Of a stretch of DNA of 64,000 nucleotides, positions 61,536 to 64,000 are shown piece after piece. The position numbers and the translations under genes are program-made. The notes under the pieces were generated by a model, which was not told the origin of the DNA, ran no database searches, and saw only the letters and a list, made by a program, of their open reading frames with translations. The first letter of the stretch is position 1; the number at the start of each line of letters is the position of its first letter. The DNA is from Moniliella sp. 'wahieum' (Eukaryota): assembly GCA_003971905.1 (NCBI GenBank), contig RSEE01000169.1:1-64000 (forward strand). Reading direction: 5' to 3'.

Positions 61536-63113
61536 ATGCACCTCCGCTCTTTTATTCCGTTCGTCGCATTCGCTTTCTCTTTGGCCCGTGCCGATCCCAT
61601 CCGCGGTGTCAGTCTAGGGTACGTTTCCCAGTATCTGTTTATTTATTTCCCCTTCTTGTATACTGCAAAATGGGGTATACGGGAGGCTGTGTGCTCCTTC
61701 ATCTGCTTCCCCGCGCACTATCCTACCCCGTATCTATTTCCGAGCGCACAGATCGAGAGACTGACACTGTTGATGGATTCCCGTACTCTTTCGTACACAG
61801 CGGCTGGTTGCTGGCTGAAAAGTGGATGGTACCATCGCTCTTCCAACAGACGGGTAACGATAGCGTAGTGGACGAGTGGACGTTTGGATCGGTCTCCAAC
61901 GCCCAGGAGTTGCTCACCAAACATTGGGAGCATTTCATCACCGAATCGGATTTCCAAAAGATGAGCGATGCTGGACTCAACTTTGTTCGGTACGTTTCTC
62001 TCCCCTCGTTTCCCTTGCCAAAGAAGAGGCTCTAGGCCATGCCGACGGAGGATGCCCATGATGCCCAGGAGAGGTGGTTTCAAAGCCACGGAACACTCAC
62101 TGACTTGCTGGAACATCAACCCGGCTACCCAACTACACAGGATCCCGATAGGCTATTGGGCATACGACAAGGATGACGACGAACCCTATGTCAAGGCCAA
62201 CCAGACCGCCTACCTGTCGCGTGCGGTTGGATGGGCCAACCAGCACGGAATCCAAGTCATGGTCGATCTGCACGGCGTGCCAGGCTCGCAGAATGGGCAA
62301 GCCACCTCGGGCCATAAGGGACCGATCGCATGGCAGAAGAGTGCCTCGAATGCCCAGCGCGCCCAAGCAGTTATTTCCCAAATCAGCAACGACCTCAAAG
62401 GCAAAGTAAGTCATATTGAACTGATCAACGAGCCTTTTCTCGACCGCCCCATTGCCAACTTGACCACCTACACCAAAAACTATTACGAGGCGGCGTACCC
62501 GACCACCCAGCCGAGCTTCACCGGGGTTCTGCACGACGGATTCCTTCCCCTGTCCAGCTGGGACGGCTTTTTGCCAGGAAGCATGCTGGATACCCATATC
62601 TACATTGGCCTGCAACCGTACCGTGGCATGGATCGTACGTCTCCTCCCCCCCTCCCCCTTTGTGCCGAAGCGAAAAGAGCGGCTGTTTTGCGCATGGTCA
62701 AGGGACTGTATAGCTGACCTCGGTTCACGTGCCCAGCCAATGCGACGGTCCCAGCGTACGACAACATTACCGACACGAACCTGCGGCAGATCTGCCAGCT
62801 CAAGGGCACGTTGGCCGCAAGCCAAGCGCACCACGCGACGCTGGTGGGGGAGTTTACGCTGACGCAGACCCCGTCTTCGGCGCAGCGGCGGGGGATGGTG
62901 GGGGTGCATAAGAAGCGGGCGACGCGGGACCAGGTGGCGTACCGCAAGGCGCTGTTTGACACGCAGCGGGCGGTGTACGAGGAGAATGGGGCGGGGTGGT
63001 CGATGTGGACGTGGAAGATGGACTATGCGAGTCCGTGGAGCTACGAGACGGGGCTGCGCAACGGCTGGATCACACGCGACCTCGCGTCACGGTGCGCGGC
63101 GGCTGCGTGCTAA
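61536..63113 (+). CDS. Secreted glycoside hydrolase family 5 exo-beta-1,3-glucanase (Exg1-like); introns 61619-61800, 61990-62140 and 62635-62736
   Basis: Signal peptide MHLRSFIPFVAFAFSLARA, IRGVSLG|GWLLAEKWMVPSLF, VDEWT, HWEHFITESDF, VR|IPIGYW, DLHGVPGSQNG, catalytic ELINEP and VGEF, GWSMWTWK. TATA-like CATATAAAA at about 61434. Confidence 0.95.
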
Positions 63114-63211
63114 GCCTTAGCGCTAAGGGTAGATTGGGATGGGATGGGATAGCAATGGGACACTGGCGATCCACATCGCAGGGATTACGTACAGACGCAG
63201 ATAGCGAGATA

Positions 63212-64000
63212 CTAGACGAAATGTTCAACTGCATTCCGCCGTGTCTGCTCCGCTGCGGCTGACCAGCGGTGGCCGCGACGAATGGGAAGAAATACGAGCA
63301 CTCGCTCCCGCTCCTCTGCCCGACCTTCCCGCCCCGCCCCGCCGCCCCACACGGGCGCCCATGGCCGCCCTCGCCACGCTCCGGCCCAGCCCGCGCGCGT
63401 CGCTCCTTGCGCGCCCCAGCCCATGCCCCTACACACCCTCCCTCCCCTCCCCCCGCGCCGCCTCCCCCCTTCCCTCCCCCCTCCGACCCGCTCCTGGCCA
63501 GCCTCCTGCGCAGCACCCCCCCGCCCCGCCCCGCCCGCGCCCCGCCCGCGCCCGCCCCCTTCCTTTCCCTGCACCTTTCCTCGCCCTCCCCCGCCCCCGC
63601 CCCCGCACGCCCCCGCCACGCCCCCCCCCGCCCACGCCGCCATCTGCTCTCGCTCCAGCGCCTGCGTCCACACTGACCGCCTCCTCCACCGCTGCTGCCG
63701 CGCCCTCTTGCAGCGCCGCCTCTCCCCCCAGGACGCCCTGCCCAGCTCTACCACGATCTCCTCCACGCCCTCCGCCCTGCGCCCGCCAGCGAGAGCGCAT
63801 CGCCAACGAGGCCGCTGTTCTTCTTCTCGCCCGCCTCGTCAGCATCAGCATGCCCGACCAGGCCTGTCTGCCGAAAAAACGCCGCCCCGCCATCCGCACC
63901 CTCAATCGGCCCACGTCGCCCGTTCCCTCCTCCCTGCCAAATCCGCCCCGTTCCAAGCACCGCGCAACCGGCCCCACTTCCACTCCCCGCTCCAGTACTG
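63212..64000 (-). CDS. 3' end of an unidentified gene running in from beyond the window (very G-rich, frameshifted)
   Basis: Overlapping open frames ending ..ERVLVFLPIRRGHRWSAAAEQTRRNAVEHFV*, convergent with the GH5 gene. No family recognised. Confidence 0.45.

Noticed and set aside
63212..64000. Assignment of the terminal partial ORF to a family (MutL HGRP-like or glycosyltransferase-like words)
   Set aside because: The motif-like words occur in different frames of G-rich, error-prone sequence and are not supportable.

Overview
Eukaryotic, GC-rich fungal genomic DNA with short GT-AG introns. It is most likely a basidiomycete, plausibly Ustilaginomycotina; that placement is inferred from protein similarity recalled from memory and low intron density. 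Single-base indels interrupt most genes, including essential ones, so this looks like an unpolished long-read assembly, and gene models were stitched across frames by eye. Gene order: RAM2(-), RAD7(-), Pro-rich orphan(-), transportin KAP104(+), Zn2Cys6 transcription factor(-), two orphan ORFs in a long gene-poor stretch, DAL5-family MFS permease(-), ABCB/MDR transporter with degenerate nucleotide-binding domains(-), MSS4 PI4P 5-kinase(-), miniature SLX4-like gene(-), Rho GTPase with a 7-nt microexon(+), tRNA-Phe, a divergent RPS12/RPS11 pair, a structured ncRNA candidate, ornithine decarboxylase antizyme with a +1 frameshift at ACC-UGA(-), an internally deleted eIF2-beta copy(+), RPS9(-), a PWWP protein(-), RPL39(-), a Zn-dependent alcohol dehydrogenase(-), about 7.5 kb with transposon relics, a secreted GH5 exo-beta-1,3-glucanase(+) and a partial ORF. 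The most striking unexplained signal is intergenic: 7-bp-period arrays of T-N-A plus a palindromic tetramer, in which the tetramer changes while the phase is kept.
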